A DNA stretch of 64,000 nucleotides from Candidatus Micrarchaeota archaeon (lineage in GTDB: Archaea; Micrarchaeota; Micrarchaeia; Anstonellales; Bilamarchaeaceae): positions 29,237-93,236 of the forward strand of contig WJMK01000039.1 of the NCBI GenBank assembly GCA_014727975.1. Reading direction: 5' to 3'. Below, piece by piece: positions 45,169 through 55,035 of this stretch. Under the pieces are notes generated by a model. That model did no database searches and was not told the origin of the DNA. It saw nothing but the letters and a program-made list of their open reading frames with translations. The position numbers were made by a program, and so were the translations under genes. Position 1 is the first letter of the stretch. Every line of letters begins with the position of its first letter.

Positions 45169-45819
45169 ATGGCACTGCAAACAAGGGAAGCACGGCTTGG
45201 CAGGACAAAAAAATTTGGCATGCTCGTCAACCGTGCGGCCACAAAAATTTTCAGGAACAGGAGGCCGCTTGGCGTCTTTGCAACAGGGGCCGCTACTGCC
45301 GTAGGTTATCTTGCCACAGGCACTGCAAGGCCTGAGCTTGCATTGCTTTTCAATACATGCTGCTCAATGGACAATGCAAGGACTTCAATGGAAATCTCAG
45401 ATGGGCTCAGAAAGCATGGGCACAGGCGCTCTGCACAGACAGTTTCCTATGCAGGGAGCATAGACCTTGCAAACATGGTGCTTTCATTTATCCCTTTTGT
45501 ATCCTGGCTGCATAATTCCCCAAACTACACTAAAAACGCGTTTGTATATATGGGCGTGCTTGCTGTTACCGGCCTTGCAGCACAAAAAATCGAGAAGAGG
45601 GCAAGGTTCGTGCTTCTTAAGGAAAAATTCGGCAGCCCGTTTCATAATATGGGCATGGGGGAATGCATAGAGTATCTTTTGGGCCTTGAAAAAATGGAGA
45701 AATCCTGGTGGAGGAGGCCATACTGGATGTTTAGGCCGGAAAAGCTAGAGGCCATTATAAGCGAAAAGGAAAAAATACAGGGGTATGTGAAGGACAGGAT
45801 GCGGAGCAAAAGCCTTTAA
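45169..45819 (+). CDS. Hypothetical membrane-associated protein
   Basis: 216-aa ORF, basic N-terminus, 2-3 moderately hydrophobic segments; TATA 25 bp upstream. Confidence 0.6.
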   Translation: MALQTREARLGRTKKFGMLVNRAATKIFRNRRPLGVFATGAATAVGYLATGTARPELALLFNTCCSMDNARTSMEISDGLRKHGHRRSAQTVSYAGSIDLANMVLSFIPFVSWLHNSPNYTKNAFVYMGVLAVTGLAAQKIEKRARFVLLKEKFGSPFHNMGMGECIEYLLGLEKMEKSWWRRPYWMFRPEKLEAIISEKEKIQGYVKDRMRSKSL

Positions 45820-45841
45820 TCCTTATTTTAGAGGTATTGGC

Positions 45842-47038
45842 ATGGAAAAGGGAATATTGCTTATTATGGATGGGCTCGGGGACCTTCCGGACTCTAAGGG
45901 GAAAACCCCTCTTTCTGCTGCCAAAACCCCAAATATGGACAGGATGGCAAAGGAAGGCATTCTCGGGATGCTTTCGCCCATAGGGAAGGGGAATGTTCCG
46001 GGTAGCGATACTTCTCACCTTACGCTTCTTGGATACCCCTACTGGGAATTTTACTGCGGGAGGGGACCGCTGGAGGCACTCGGCTCCGGGATTAAGCTTA
46101 GGGAAGGGGATGTTGCATTCAGGGCAAATTTTGCAACTGTGGAAAAAGGGAAAATAGTGGACAGGAGGGCCGGGAGGATTTCCACTGCGCTTGCCCACAA
46201 ACTTTCCAAGCGGCTGGAAAAGGTGAAAGTGCCGGGCGTTAAGATTATTTTTGCAAATACTGTTGAGCACAGGGGTGTGCTCATACTTCGGGGCGAAGGG
46301 CTGGGGGCATATGTTTCTGGCACCGACCCGCATGAGCTTGCCCATCTGCCAAAGAGCAAAGCTCTGAAGAGAGGGAGTGCCAAGACTGCGCGGGTGCTGA
46401 ATGCATTTACAAAAAAGGCGATGGAAGTGCTTGGGAAAGCCCCTGAAAACGAGGGAAGAAAAAAGCCTGCAAATGCAGTGCTGTGCAGGGGCGCGGGGAC
46501 ATATAGGAAGGTGGATGGTTTTGCAAAAAAACACGGGGTTACCGGTGCATGCGTGGCAGGGGGGGCGCTGTACAAGGGGGTTGCGGATTACATCGGGATG
46601 GATGTGCTCTATGTGAAGGGGGCAACCGGGAGTGTGGATACGGACCTGAAATCCAAGGCAAAGCATGCAGCTGCTGCACTTAAGAACCATGATTTTGTTT
46701 TTGTGCATGTTAAGGGGACGGATAGCTGCGCCCATGACAAGGATTTTGCATGCAAGCAGAAGATGATTGAGCGCGTGGACAGGGAGCTTGTGCCTGCGCT
46801 GAAGAAAACCGGGGCGAATATTGTGATTACCGGGGACCACTCGACTCCGTGCTCGATTGGGGAACATACGGGCCATGAGGTTCCTTTGCTTTGCTGGGGT
46901 GACGGATTCAGGAAGGATTCCTGCAGGAAATTCAGCGAATCTGCGTGCATGGACGGGGGGCTGGGGCACGTGGACGGATGGGACCTGTTCCCGATAATTG
47001 TGAATGCGATGGGCAAGGGGAAGAAAGTTGGGACGTAA
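45842..47038 (+). CDS. apgM: 2,3-BPG-independent phosphoglycerate mutase (archaeal)
   Basis: MDGLGD, TPNMD, PGSD, GRGPLEALG, DRRAGRI, HVKGTDSCAHD, TGDHSTP. Confidence 0.95.
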   Translation: MEKGILLIMDGLGDLPDSKGKTPLSAAKTPNMDRMAKEGILGMLSPIGKGNVPGSDTSHLTLLGYPYWEFYCGRGPLEALGSGIKLREGDVAFRANFATVEKGKIVDRRAGRISTALAHKLSKRLEKVKVPGVKIIFANTVEHRGVLILRGEGLGAYVSGTDPHELAHLPKSKALKRGSAKTARVLNAFTKKAMEVLGKAPENEGRKKPANAVLCRGAGTYRKVDGFAKKHGVTGACVAGGALYKGVADYIGMDVLYVKGATGSVDTDLKSKAKHAAAALKNHDFVFVHVKGTDSCAHDKDFACKQKMIERVDRELVPALKKTGANIVITGDHSTPCSIGEHTGHEVPLLCWGDGFRKDSCRKFSESACMDGGLGHVDGWDLFPIIVNAMGKGKKVGT

Positions 47039-47092
47039 TTTGCTGCTTAATTGCACTGAAAAGGAGGAAATAAAAGAAAAAGGAATAAGGAA

Positions 47093-47623
47093 CTAGATTG
47101 TGTCCTCGCCTTCAACAACAACTGAGATAACGTTTGCCTGTGCTTCGTGCTTTATGTTTTCGCTGAGGTCATCCTCGTAGTTGTACCAGACAATCAATTT
47201 TCCGCGGAATTCCACGTTTGGCTGCATCTGTATCTGGTCGCCATCTGAGTCAATACAGTCTATGTTGAAGAAATCATCTGAGCTTCCGGTTGGGATTGTT
47301 TGGTCCAGCTCAAATTCGCTTGTGAGCTCAACCTCTGTTGCCTGCGCATTTGTACAGACAATTCCCTTGATTTCCACAGTCTTTCCTAGCTTGTTCCAGA
47401 TACGAACATTCATGCTTACGTCGCCTCCATCAGAATAAATCTGCGGATTCGGCTCGCTGCAGGAGAATCCCTGCTGCTGGAACAAGCACAGCTCAGGAGC
47501 ACTGAACGGGTTCAAATAAATGAGCGCGGCAATCACGATTACGATTGCGAGGAGCGCCCACCCATAAGTCATCAGGTATTCCATCGCCGCTTGGCCTTTT
47601 CTGTAATTTTTCATCATCATCAC
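47093..47623 (-). CDS. Type IV pilin (probable major pilin)
   Basis: RKG|QAAMEYLMTYGWALLAIVIVIAAL; Cys pair C...FSC; last gene of the Tad-like operon, T-rich terminator downstream. Confidence 0.9.
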   Translation of the reverse strand: MMMMKNYRKGQAAMEYLMTYGWALLAIVIVIAALIYLNPFSAPELCLFQQQGFSCSEPNPQIYSDGGDVSMNVRIWNKLGKTVEIKGIVCTNAQATEVELTSEFELDQTIPTGSSDDFFNIDCIDSDGDQIQMQPNVEFRGKLIVWYNYEDDLSENIKHEAQANVISVVVEGEDTI

Positions 47624-48694
47624 CTAGAAGAACATACTTGCAAAGAGCGAGTCCAGGAATGAACCCACTACAAAGTAAATTATGTAGGATAGTGCCAGCA
47701 GGAACGGGAAGTACTTCATTCCCTGGGTCTTTGAGCCCGCCCTTATTATTCCAAGCAGGAGCGAGGAAATAAGGGAGGTTATAAACACCAGCGCCATGCT
47801 GAACCAAAAGAACTCATCAGTGCTTACTGAGGGGGATGTAGGCGTTACCAGGAAGCTTGCAGGCATCCCTCCTGCTGCCATGTCCACGCCTCCTGCAGGC
47901 ATGTATGCAAATGCCATTGAGAGAACGCTTATGAGGTTTGTTGAAACAGAGAAGAGGAAAGGTGCCCCTATTGTAGCTGCAAATACCAGGAAGATTACAT
48001 ATACAAGGAGGGTTGCCGCAATATCCTTTTTATGCATTGCAACGTCCCTTGCATCCTGTGAGGTTTCCTCAAGTATTTCTGCGATTTCCCCTCCGGTTGC
48101 AAGGGCCTGCTTGAGGAGGAGAATTGTCCTGTGGAGAACGCGGGAATTGAAGCGCATGTCCAGGCGGTCCAGGGATTTCTCGATTGGCTCACCGGAAAAG
48201 GCGCTCTTGATTACGCGCTTCACTTCTACGGAAAACAGCCCGTATTCAGGCTTTGCAGCATACCACATTGCCTGGTCCAGGGTCATTCCTGAGCGGACGT
48301 TCCCTGCCACCAGGGTAAGGAAATCCGGGAGGACCTCCTCCACTGCATTCTTCCTCGCTTCAGTCTGGAGCAGGATTACTGACCAGACAAGCACATAGGT
48401 TAAGAGGAATGTAACTACGAATGCGGCAACGAAGCTGATTATGATGGATACAATGTCCGGGAGTATGAAGGAAGTGCCGGCAATTGCATAAATGAACTTG
48501 GGGATGGCTGAGGTGTTCAGGAAAACAAGGAACAGCAAGAGGCCCACAAGGACGTTCAGCACTATGAAGAATCCCATGAAAGACTCTGCAGGAACCATGA
48601 TGCCTGCCCCTGCAAGGGACTTTTCAATAGCCCTTATGCGCTTCCTTGAAAGAAGCCGCCCGATTGTTTCGTAAAAACCCATGAGTGCGCTCAT
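47624..48694 (-). CDS. Type II secretion F / TadC-like platform protein
   Basis: EVLPDFLTLVAGNVRSGMTLDQA, GGEIAEILEE, C-terminal TMs. Confidence 0.92.
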   Translation of the reverse strand: MSALMGFYETIGRLLSRKRIRAIEKSLAGAGIMVPAESFMGFFIVLNVLVGLLLFLVFLNTSAIPKFIYAIAGTSFILPDIVSIIISFVAAFVVTFLLTYVLVWSVILLQTEARKNAVEEVLPDFLTLVAGNVRSGMTLDQAMWYAAKPEYGLFSVEVKRVIKSAFSGEPIEKSLDRLDMRFNSRVLHRTILLLKQALATGGEIAEILEETSQDARDVAMHKKDIAATLLVYVIFLVFAATIGAPFLFSVSTNLISVLSMAFAYMPAGGVDMAAGGMPASFLVTPTSPSVSTDEFFWFSMALVFITSLISSLLLGIIRAGSKTQGMKYFPFLLALSYIIYFVVGSFLDSLFASMFF

Positions 48695-48703
48695 AATAAT
48701 CCC

Positions 48704-49600
48704 TCAGAATGCATACCTCGGCCTGGAAGTCTCCACCATTGACAGGAACATGAACTGTATTACCCCTACCATAAACAGGAAGAGGAGCAATACGGGCGCA
48801 TCGAGAGCAAATCTCCCGGAACCGATGAATGAGAAAAGTATTATTGCAAAAGCAAGCCCCAGAGAAGGGAAAATAATGCCGAAAATCATGTAGAACATGA
48901 TGAGGGGGTTGAGCTTCTGCCCATAGGACTTCAGCTCGATTATCTGCTCCTTGAATACCTGGTTCAGGACCACTTCAAGGGAATCCGCAACATCCGCACC
49001 TGATCCGACTGCGTTTGCAAGCTGTACCATAATCCTGCGGAATGCAGGTGAAGGGTTGGTTTGCACTACCTCCCTTATTGCCTGGCCTATGGGAGTGCCC
49101 AGGGTAACCTTTTCAACAATCCTGTTGAATTCCTTGCTTACTTCACCGTAGCCGCGGGAAACACCGACCATTGCATCGAAAAGGGGCATCCCTGAGCGGA
49201 GCCCTATAAGCAGGTGCCTCACTGCAAAAACAAGCTCATAGTCTATTGCCTTCTTCCGCTTCAGCACCATTACCGAAGGATACATCATATAATAGAAAAA
49301 GGAAAAAATCATGTATACAAAGAACAGGAGCACCACAAAGAGGGTGGCCATCTGGACCGCTGCCATATCCAAGACTATGAAAGTGAGTATGGAGAGGGCA
49401 AGCGCTGAAAAGAATGCGGAAAAAATCACGCGGTCCATGAAGGTTTCCGGTGAATCCTTCATGCTTGCAAGAACCATCTTCTTCCTGAGAGTTGGGAAAT
49501 AAGGGATTATGAATTCAGAAAGAGAGCGGATTGGGCCTCTCTTTCCAGAACCCCTCGCAGGGAGGGCAACAGGAGTCACCTTTTTCTTCGGGCTTGCCAT
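48704..49600 (-). CDS. Type II secretion F / TadB/C-like platform protein
   Basis: SGMPLFDAM, YGEVSKEF, SGADVADSL, YGQKLNP. Confidence 0.92.
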   Translation of the reverse strand: MASPKKKVTPVALPARGSGKRGPIRSLSEFIIPYFPTLRKKMVLASMKDSPETFMDRVIFSAFFSALALSILTFIVLDMAAVQMATLFVVLLFFVYMIFSFFYYMMYPSVMVLKRKKAIDYELVFAVRHLLIGLRSGMPLFDAMVGVSRGYGEVSKEFNRIVEKVTLGTPIGQAIREVVQTNPSPAFRRIMVQLANAVGSGADVADSLEVVLNQVFKEQIIELKSYGQKLNPLIMFYMIFGIIFPSLGLAFAIILFSFIGSGRFALDAPVLLLFLFMVGVIQFMFLSMVETSRPRYAF

Positions 49601-49624
49601 ATCTTCACCATTAAATATATATTA

Positions 49625-51274
49625 CTACTTTCGACCAAAACGTTTATTTATGGTATCCTCATCGAGGCCTGATTCCTTTGCCATAAGCTTCCTTGCAGTG
49701 AGGAGTGCCTCAGAGCGTTCAATTTCCCCCCTTGCGTACTTGTTGTATGTGCGCGAATCCTTTGCCTGCAGGAGGTTGAAAAGGGCCTCATCCGAAGCTC
49801 CGGCTACCTGTGCAAGCTTCATTGCTTTGGGGTCTCCTGCCTTTTCAAGCAGGAGCTCTCGTTTTGTTTCAATCTGTGAGTGGATTGCCTCCCCTATTGA
49901 ATTCTTGAGGGCGGAAAAGTCATGTGAATATTCATCTTTAAGTGAGGACCTGAGCTTTTCAGAATCCGGAGTGGACTGGCCCTTTGCCTTGAGTTTTGCA
50001 AGCTCTGCACTGTGCTTTGCAGTAAGGAATGTGTGGTATTTCTCTATTATCTCCATAAGGGCATGCTCAAGCTCCACCATGTTTTTGGAAAATGCCTCCA
50101 GTGCAGGGCCCCTGTGCTTGACTGCCCGCTGGGCCTCAAAAGCAGAGAGGGCCTGCTTTGCGTTTTTTTCATAGATGGACTGGATGCGGCTCTTTGCTTC
50201 CTTCAGCTCAAGCTTCTGCTCATTTGAAAGGGCAGTGAAAAGGGCGCCTTTTGGAAGTCCTCCTGCTTCTGCCTTTCCCCCTTTTCCCTTAAGGAGTTCC
50301 TTGAGTGTGACAATTTCTTTCTTGATCTCTGCGCGCCTGTCCTGGGAACGCTCTTTGAAAAGTTCCCTTGTGAGTTCAAGCATGCGCTTTTTTGTGTCTT
50401 CAACATCAACTTTCTTGGTTTTCTTTCCGGTCATCTGGGCGCCGAGCTGCGCCTCCAGCCTGTTTAGGCTCTTCTCTGCTTCTTTAATAGGGGATTTGCT
50501 GAGTGCTTTTGGCTGCACAACATCTAGTACAGGCCCTTCTGTTTCAGGGGGACCGGAAACAATTTCCTCCTTTGCCGGTTCATAAGGAGCTGGCTCTTCT
50601 GCAGGAAGAGGCTCCTCCGGCTTCTCCGGAACTGGCATTATCTTCTTTTCCGGGGCAGGCCTGAGCTTTGGCTCAGGAGAAGGCTTGATCTTTTCTTCAG
50701 CTTCAGGAGGCTTCTTTTCCGGGAGCGGGGGAACTTCCAGTTCTGCCTCTTTCTCCTTTTCTTCAGGTTCCGGGGGAAGCGTCTCCTGCATTTTTGGAGT
50801 TTCCGGGAGCTCGGGCAGCCTGGCTGCTGCCTCCTCTGCTTTTCTCCTTTCCAGCTCAGCAGGAGAAGGGACCTTTGGTTCAGGGGGGGCCTCCCCAGGT
50901 TCCTCAGCAGCTTCTGCTTCAGGAGCAGGTGCAGGGACTTTGGCGGCCTCCCTTGCGCTCTCTACGCTTATCTTTTTCATCTCTTTTTCTACTTCGGACG
51001 CCTCCTTCTGGACATGTGTGGGGGCAGGGGTTGCAGGCTCCGCAGGCTCAACCTTTTCTGCCCCGAACATCCCAATGTCCATCCTGGATGCCTTTATTAT
51101 TTTGTCCATCCGGTTGTACTGGTTTATAATATCCACATAATCCATCTCATGGATATCCGGGGGAGAAAGCTCAAGCGAGCGCTTTACTTTCTTCTCCTTT
51201 ATCTTTGCAGGGGAGTATTCAGATGCTGAATCCTCCACCCGGGAAACTTCACTTATGGCGTCCCTGAAATCCAT
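49625..51274 (-). CDS. Hypothetical protein in pilus operon (Pro/Glu-rich linker, helical C-terminus)
   Basis: 549-aa ORF between the ATPase and platform genes; no TM. Confidence 0.7.
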   Translation of the reverse strand: MDFRDAISEVSRVEDSASEYSPAKIKEKKVKRSLELSPPDIHEMDYVDIINQYNRMDKIIKASRMDIGMFGAEKVEPAEPATPAPTHVQKEASEVEKEMKKISVESAREAAKVPAPAPEAEAAEEPGEAPPEPKVPSPAELERRKAEEAAARLPELPETPKMQETLPPEPEEKEKEAELEVPPLPEKKPPEAEEKIKPSPEPKLRPAPEKKIMPVPEKPEEPLPAEEPAPYEPAKEEIVSGPPETEGPVLDVVQPKALSKSPIKEAEKSLNRLEAQLGAQMTGKKTKKVDVEDTKKRMLELTRELFKERSQDRRAEIKKEIVTLKELLKGKGGKAEAGGLPKGALFTALSNEQKLELKEAKSRIQSIYEKNAKQALSAFEAQRAVKHRGPALEAFSKNMVELEHALMEIIEKYHTFLTAKHSAELAKLKAKGQSTPDSEKLRSSLKDEYSHDFSALKNSIGEAIHSQIETKRELLLEKAGDPKAMKLAQVAGASDEALFNLLQAKDSRTYNKYARGEIERSEALLTARKLMAKESGLDEDTINKRFGRK

Positions 51275-51284
51275 CCGGATACCC

Positions 51285-53201
51285 TCAGAACTCCCATGCC
51301 TTGTTCTTCTTCACAGACGAAAGCACTTCCTCAGGTGTCTGGTAGTAATTGGAGACAATTGAGCCGACCTCGTTTACTGCCTCGTAGCCGTGCTTCACCA
51401 TCCAGTTGAGCACAGAAACCTTCTCTGCAACATCCTGGTCTATTTCTTTGGCAGTAAGGCCGGAATAAAGCTCGATTGTTTTTGCAATGCTGTCCAGCTT
51501 CCCTGATTTTACAGTGACATCGCGCTTGGAGTCCCACCTGTAAATCATGTTCAGGTCACCCTGGTTCTGCACTTCTGCAAACTCAAGGGTCCTGCGGATA
51601 TTGAGCCTCCTCTGCCTGTACTGCACAACAATTCCTGCGAGCGCGTCCAGGTTCTCTTCAGGCACATTGATTGGCGGATTCACCAGCCTGCTGATTGTCT
51701 GGGATGCATTGTCCGCATGCAGGGTTGCGTATACGGAGTGCCCTGTGTGCATTGCCTCGAAAAGGACCTCGGCTTCCTTCTGCCTCCTTACTTCTCCGAC
51801 AACAATGCGGTCCGGCCTCTGCCTCAGTGCATTAACCATGAGGTTGAGCATTGAGACTTCTCCTTTCCCTTCAGGGTTGGGCTCCCTTGTAACCATGGGT
51901 ACCCAGTGCAGGAATGATGGAAGGGTAAGTTCCCTTGTGTCCTCAATGCTGATTATGCGCTGGTTTGCAGGAATAAGGCCTGCCATTGCATTCAGGAAAG
52001 ACGTTTTACCGCTTCCTGTACCTCCGGAAACAAGGAGGGAAAGCTCGCTCTGCACGCAAAGCCAGATTGTGGCTGCAACTTCAGGGCTTATTGTCTTGCT
52101 CCTGATCAGGTTGGTAATTGTCCAGGGGTTCCTGGAGAACTTCCTGATTGTCATGGTGTTCCCATAGTTGGAAACAGGGAACAGGGTTGCGTTTACACGG
52201 TCCCCGTTGGGGAGGTGTGCATCCAGGAGCGGGCTCAGTATGTTTATCTGGCGCCCTACTTTGCGCGCGACGAGTGCGGCATAATCATAGATGCGCTCTT
52301 CGTTCTTTAGGCGCAGGTTGGTCTTGCACCAGCCGTATTTCTTGTGGTAAACCCATACCGGGTCCCTTGAGTTATTTACTACAACTTCTTCCAGGAACTC
52401 ATCGTGGAGCGGAGTTTCCAGCTCGCCCATCCCAAGAGTATTCTGGATAAGGTAGGATGCAAGTATTTTCCTCTTCTCCGGGGGAAGCTGGGGGAAGTTC
52501 CTGCCCAGGACCCTCATGGCCGAATCCTGGAACTTTGCCTTCACCATCTCCTGCTTCTTCGGGTCAAGGATTTCAGTAATGTCAAGCTTTACATCGGAAA
52601 TGAGCTCTGCGCGGAGCTTGGTTTCCAGAAGGAGCTTGGTCCCCCCTGCAATTCCAGGGATTGAGATGCTGTAGACAGGCACAAAGTCTTCCTTTTGGAC
52701 TATGGCGACTTCCACTGGAATTGATTCGCTCAAGAAGGTGTAGGAATCCAGGACCTTGGTCTTTTTTGGCTCCCCTTCACGCTCAGGCAGGGGCTCGAAT
52801 TCCTGCTCTTTTTCAACAACTGCTGCAACCTGCATTTCTTCCGGGACCTCTCCTGGCTCTCCTTCTCCCCCTTCAGGCTCTTCAGGCTCTCCGGAACCGC
52901 CCATGGCTCTGGGCTTTTCCTCTTCCTCCCCGGGCTCTTCGGGTTCCTCCTCTTCTTCGTATTCTTCCTCCTCAAGCTCTTCCTCTTCCTCAGGGATTTC
53001 CTCTTCTATTTTCTCTGGCTCTTCTTTTGGTTTGGGCTTGGGGGGTTTCTTTTCCTCATCTTTTTTTGAACGCGAGTTCTGCCTTGCGGCAGCAGCCTTC
53101 TGGGATTCTTTTATCCTCTTAACAATGTCCCTTACCGTCTTTTTGGACGGGGCTTTCTTTTTCGAACCCTTTTTTCCGGATGATTTTTTTGGTTTTGCCA
53201 T
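51285..53201 (-). CDS. Type IV pilus/T2SS assembly ATPase (TadA/CpaF/VirB11 family) with long charged N-terminal extension
   Basis: Walker A GGTGSGKT, SIEDTREL, ALRQRPDRIVVGEVR, His box TGH...TLHA. Confidence 0.95.
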   Translation of the reverse strand: MAKPKKSSGKKGSKKKAPSKKTVRDIVKRIKESQKAAAARQNSRSKKDEEKKPPKPKPKEEPEKIEEEIPEEEEELEEEEYEEEEEPEEPGEEEEKPRAMGGSGEPEEPEGGEGEPGEVPEEMQVAAVVEKEQEFEPLPEREGEPKKTKVLDSYTFLSESIPVEVAIVQKEDFVPVYSISIPGIAGGTKLLLETKLRAELISDVKLDITEILDPKKQEMVKAKFQDSAMRVLGRNFPQLPPEKRKILASYLIQNTLGMGELETPLHDEFLEEVVVNNSRDPVWVYHKKYGWCKTNLRLKNEERIYDYAALVARKVGRQINILSPLLDAHLPNGDRVNATLFPVSNYGNTMTIRKFSRNPWTITNLIRSKTISPEVAATIWLCVQSELSLLVSGGTGSGKTSFLNAMAGLIPANQRIISIEDTRELTLPSFLHWVPMVTREPNPEGKGEVSMLNLMVNALRQRPDRIVVGEVRRQKEAEVLFEAMHTGHSVYATLHADNASQTISRLVNPPINVPEENLDALAGIVVQYRQRRLNIRRTLEFAEVQNQGDLNMIYRWDSKRDVTVKSGKLDSIAKTIELYSGLTAKEIDQDVAEKVSVLNWMVKHGYEAVNEVGSIVSNYYQTPEEVLSSVKKNKAWEF

Positions 53202-53211
53202 GGATTCACCA

Positions 53212-54936
53212 TCAGTCGCTCTCCCATAGTTTACGTATGAGTCCTTTTAATTCCTTTCTCTTGCGCTCGAATTCTTCCTGCTCTTTGGAAGTCAGGGAGA
53301 CTTTGTCTTTTACTTCTTTTTCCTTTTTGCCTTCCCCTTTCCCTTCCTCTTTGGAGGGGGCGGCCTCTCCGCCCCTAAGGGCGATGAGCTTTGCTTCCTT
53401 GGAAAGGAGCTTTATGTTCTTCTCGATCATGCCCGAGCGGGCATTAAGGTCCGCAATCAGAGAGCGGATTTTCTGTAGTTCTTTTTTCTTGGTCTTGAGT
53501 TGCGAAACAAGCTCCTTTGCTTCCTTGAGGGACTTCGGGGTTGTTTTTTCAGCCAGTTCCTTTGTCTTCTTGGCGGATTCCTCCCTTGTGGCCTTAAGTT
53601 CTTTTTTTAGCTGGGAGGTTTCCTCCCTTATTTTTGCAAGCTGGGCAAGGTAGGCATCTATTGCCATCTTGGTCTTGGACTTGATTTTCTGGAAAGTTGC
53701 GTAATTTGCTGTTTCCTCTTCTATGGAAGCAAGGATTTCGTCTGCATCTTCTGTAAGCTGGCTCCTTGCCGCTTCAATCTCTTCCTTCATTTCCTCGAGC
53801 TCTTCAATAAGCTCACCGATTGATAGGACATTGCCCGGGACCCCTGCAAGGGAGGACTCTATTTTCTTGAAATCCTTTGAGATGCGCTCTTCGTCCTTTT
53901 CAAGGGCTTCCAGCTTGGAGAGGATTTCTTTTTTTGTGGGCACATTCTCCAGCACTTCCTGGGCAATCCCTATCGTTTCAGAGTACTGGTCAGCTACTGC
54001 AAGGTCGTCCACTATCTGTTTTTCTAGCTCGGGCAGCTCTTTTTTCAGTGCCTCTATGTGCTCATATTCTGACTTGAGCCTATTGCGGGTCTTCTCCGCA
54101 CTCTTTGAAAGCTCGCTTATGTGGGAAACTGCATCCTGGATTGTGTCTGCGTTTGCCTTGAATTCTGAAATCATGGAGCGGAGGTATTCTGACTCCTCAT
54201 GCATTTTCTGGAAATCGTCGCTGAGCGAGTCAAACTCATCCTTCACTTCCCCTATTTCCACTTCCTCCTTTGGGGCATTCTTCTTTATCTCGTCAACCCT
54301 GGAAACAAGCTCGTTGAACTGCCTGTCCAGGCCATTCATGTGCTCTTTCGCTGTTTCCACCTTGCTGAGCTTCCTGTCAAGGTCTTTTTCCTCAAAAGTC
54401 TTTCCGGTTTTTTCAAGCTGGAGCTCCAGGCCCTTTATGGAGCCCTCTATTTCGCTGAGCTTCTCGCTAAGGGATTTTACTTTGTCCATGGACGCCTTGG
54501 AAACTGCTGTTTTCTTTTCCTTTGCAGCCTCTATCTGCCGGGAAAGCTCCTCAACCTTTGCAAAATCCTCTTCGAACTTCTGTGAGAGGTTCTCGATTGC
54601 TTCTGTATACTCGCGGAGGTCCCTTTTTCCGGTTTCCTGTATTTCATCGAGCTTCTGGATCTCGCCTTCAACCTTGGTTTTCCTTTTCCGGAAAACCTGC
54701 TTTTCCTTTTCCATCTGCTCAGGGGTTGCGGGCACCCAGACAAAGTAGACTTTTGTGAGCTGATAATCTATGCGGATTATGCCTTCCTCTTCCAGTATGT
54801 GTGCCCAATCCTCGACAGTTGTTTGGGGGAGGTTGAGGAGCTTGGAAGCCATTGCAAGGTCGATTTTCTTCTTCTCTTTTATAAGCCGTATGAGTGAATC
54901 TACTCCAGTGCTGATGAGGAGGTCCTCCATTTCCAT
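53212..54936 (-). CDS. Winged-helix plus long coiled-coil protein heading the pilus operon
   Basis: ISTGVDSLIRLIKEKKKIDLAMASKLLNLPQTTVEDWAHILEEEGIIRI then about 480 aa of heptad-like E/K/L sequence. Confidence 0.75.
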   Translation of the reverse strand: MEMEDLLISTGVDSLIRLIKEKKKIDLAMASKLLNLPQTTVEDWAHILEEEGIIRIDYQLTKVYFVWVPATPEQMEKEKQVFRKRKTKVEGEIQKLDEIQETGKRDLREYTEAIENLSQKFEEDFAKVEELSRQIEAAKEKKTAVSKASMDKVKSLSEKLSEIEGSIKGLELQLEKTGKTFEEKDLDRKLSKVETAKEHMNGLDRQFNELVSRVDEIKKNAPKEEVEIGEVKDEFDSLSDDFQKMHEESEYLRSMISEFKANADTIQDAVSHISELSKSAEKTRNRLKSEYEHIEALKKELPELEKQIVDDLAVADQYSETIGIAQEVLENVPTKKEILSKLEALEKDEERISKDFKKIESSLAGVPGNVLSIGELIEELEEMKEEIEAARSQLTEDADEILASIEEETANYATFQKIKSKTKMAIDAYLAQLAKIREETSQLKKELKATREESAKKTKELAEKTTPKSLKEAKELVSQLKTKKKELQKIRSLIADLNARSGMIEKNIKLLSKEAKLIALRGGEAAPSKEEGKGEGKKEKEVKDKVSLTSKEQEEFERKRKELKGLIRKLWESD

Positions 54937-55035
54937 GAGACGATATCCTACGCGTATATTTAAAATATTTCCGTAATGGAGAATTTCTGCACGAAAAGAA
55001 TATGCTTAATAAAGATTGTGGAAAAATTAAGTGCA

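Noticed and set aside
45755..47056. 433-aa minus-strand ORF
   Set aside because: Antisense shadow of the well-supported apgM; no motifs.
53723..54748. 341-aa Ser-rich plus-strand ORF (and similar Ser/Phe-rich ORFs elsewhere)
   Set aside because: Reverse complement of Glu/Lys-rich coding sequence.
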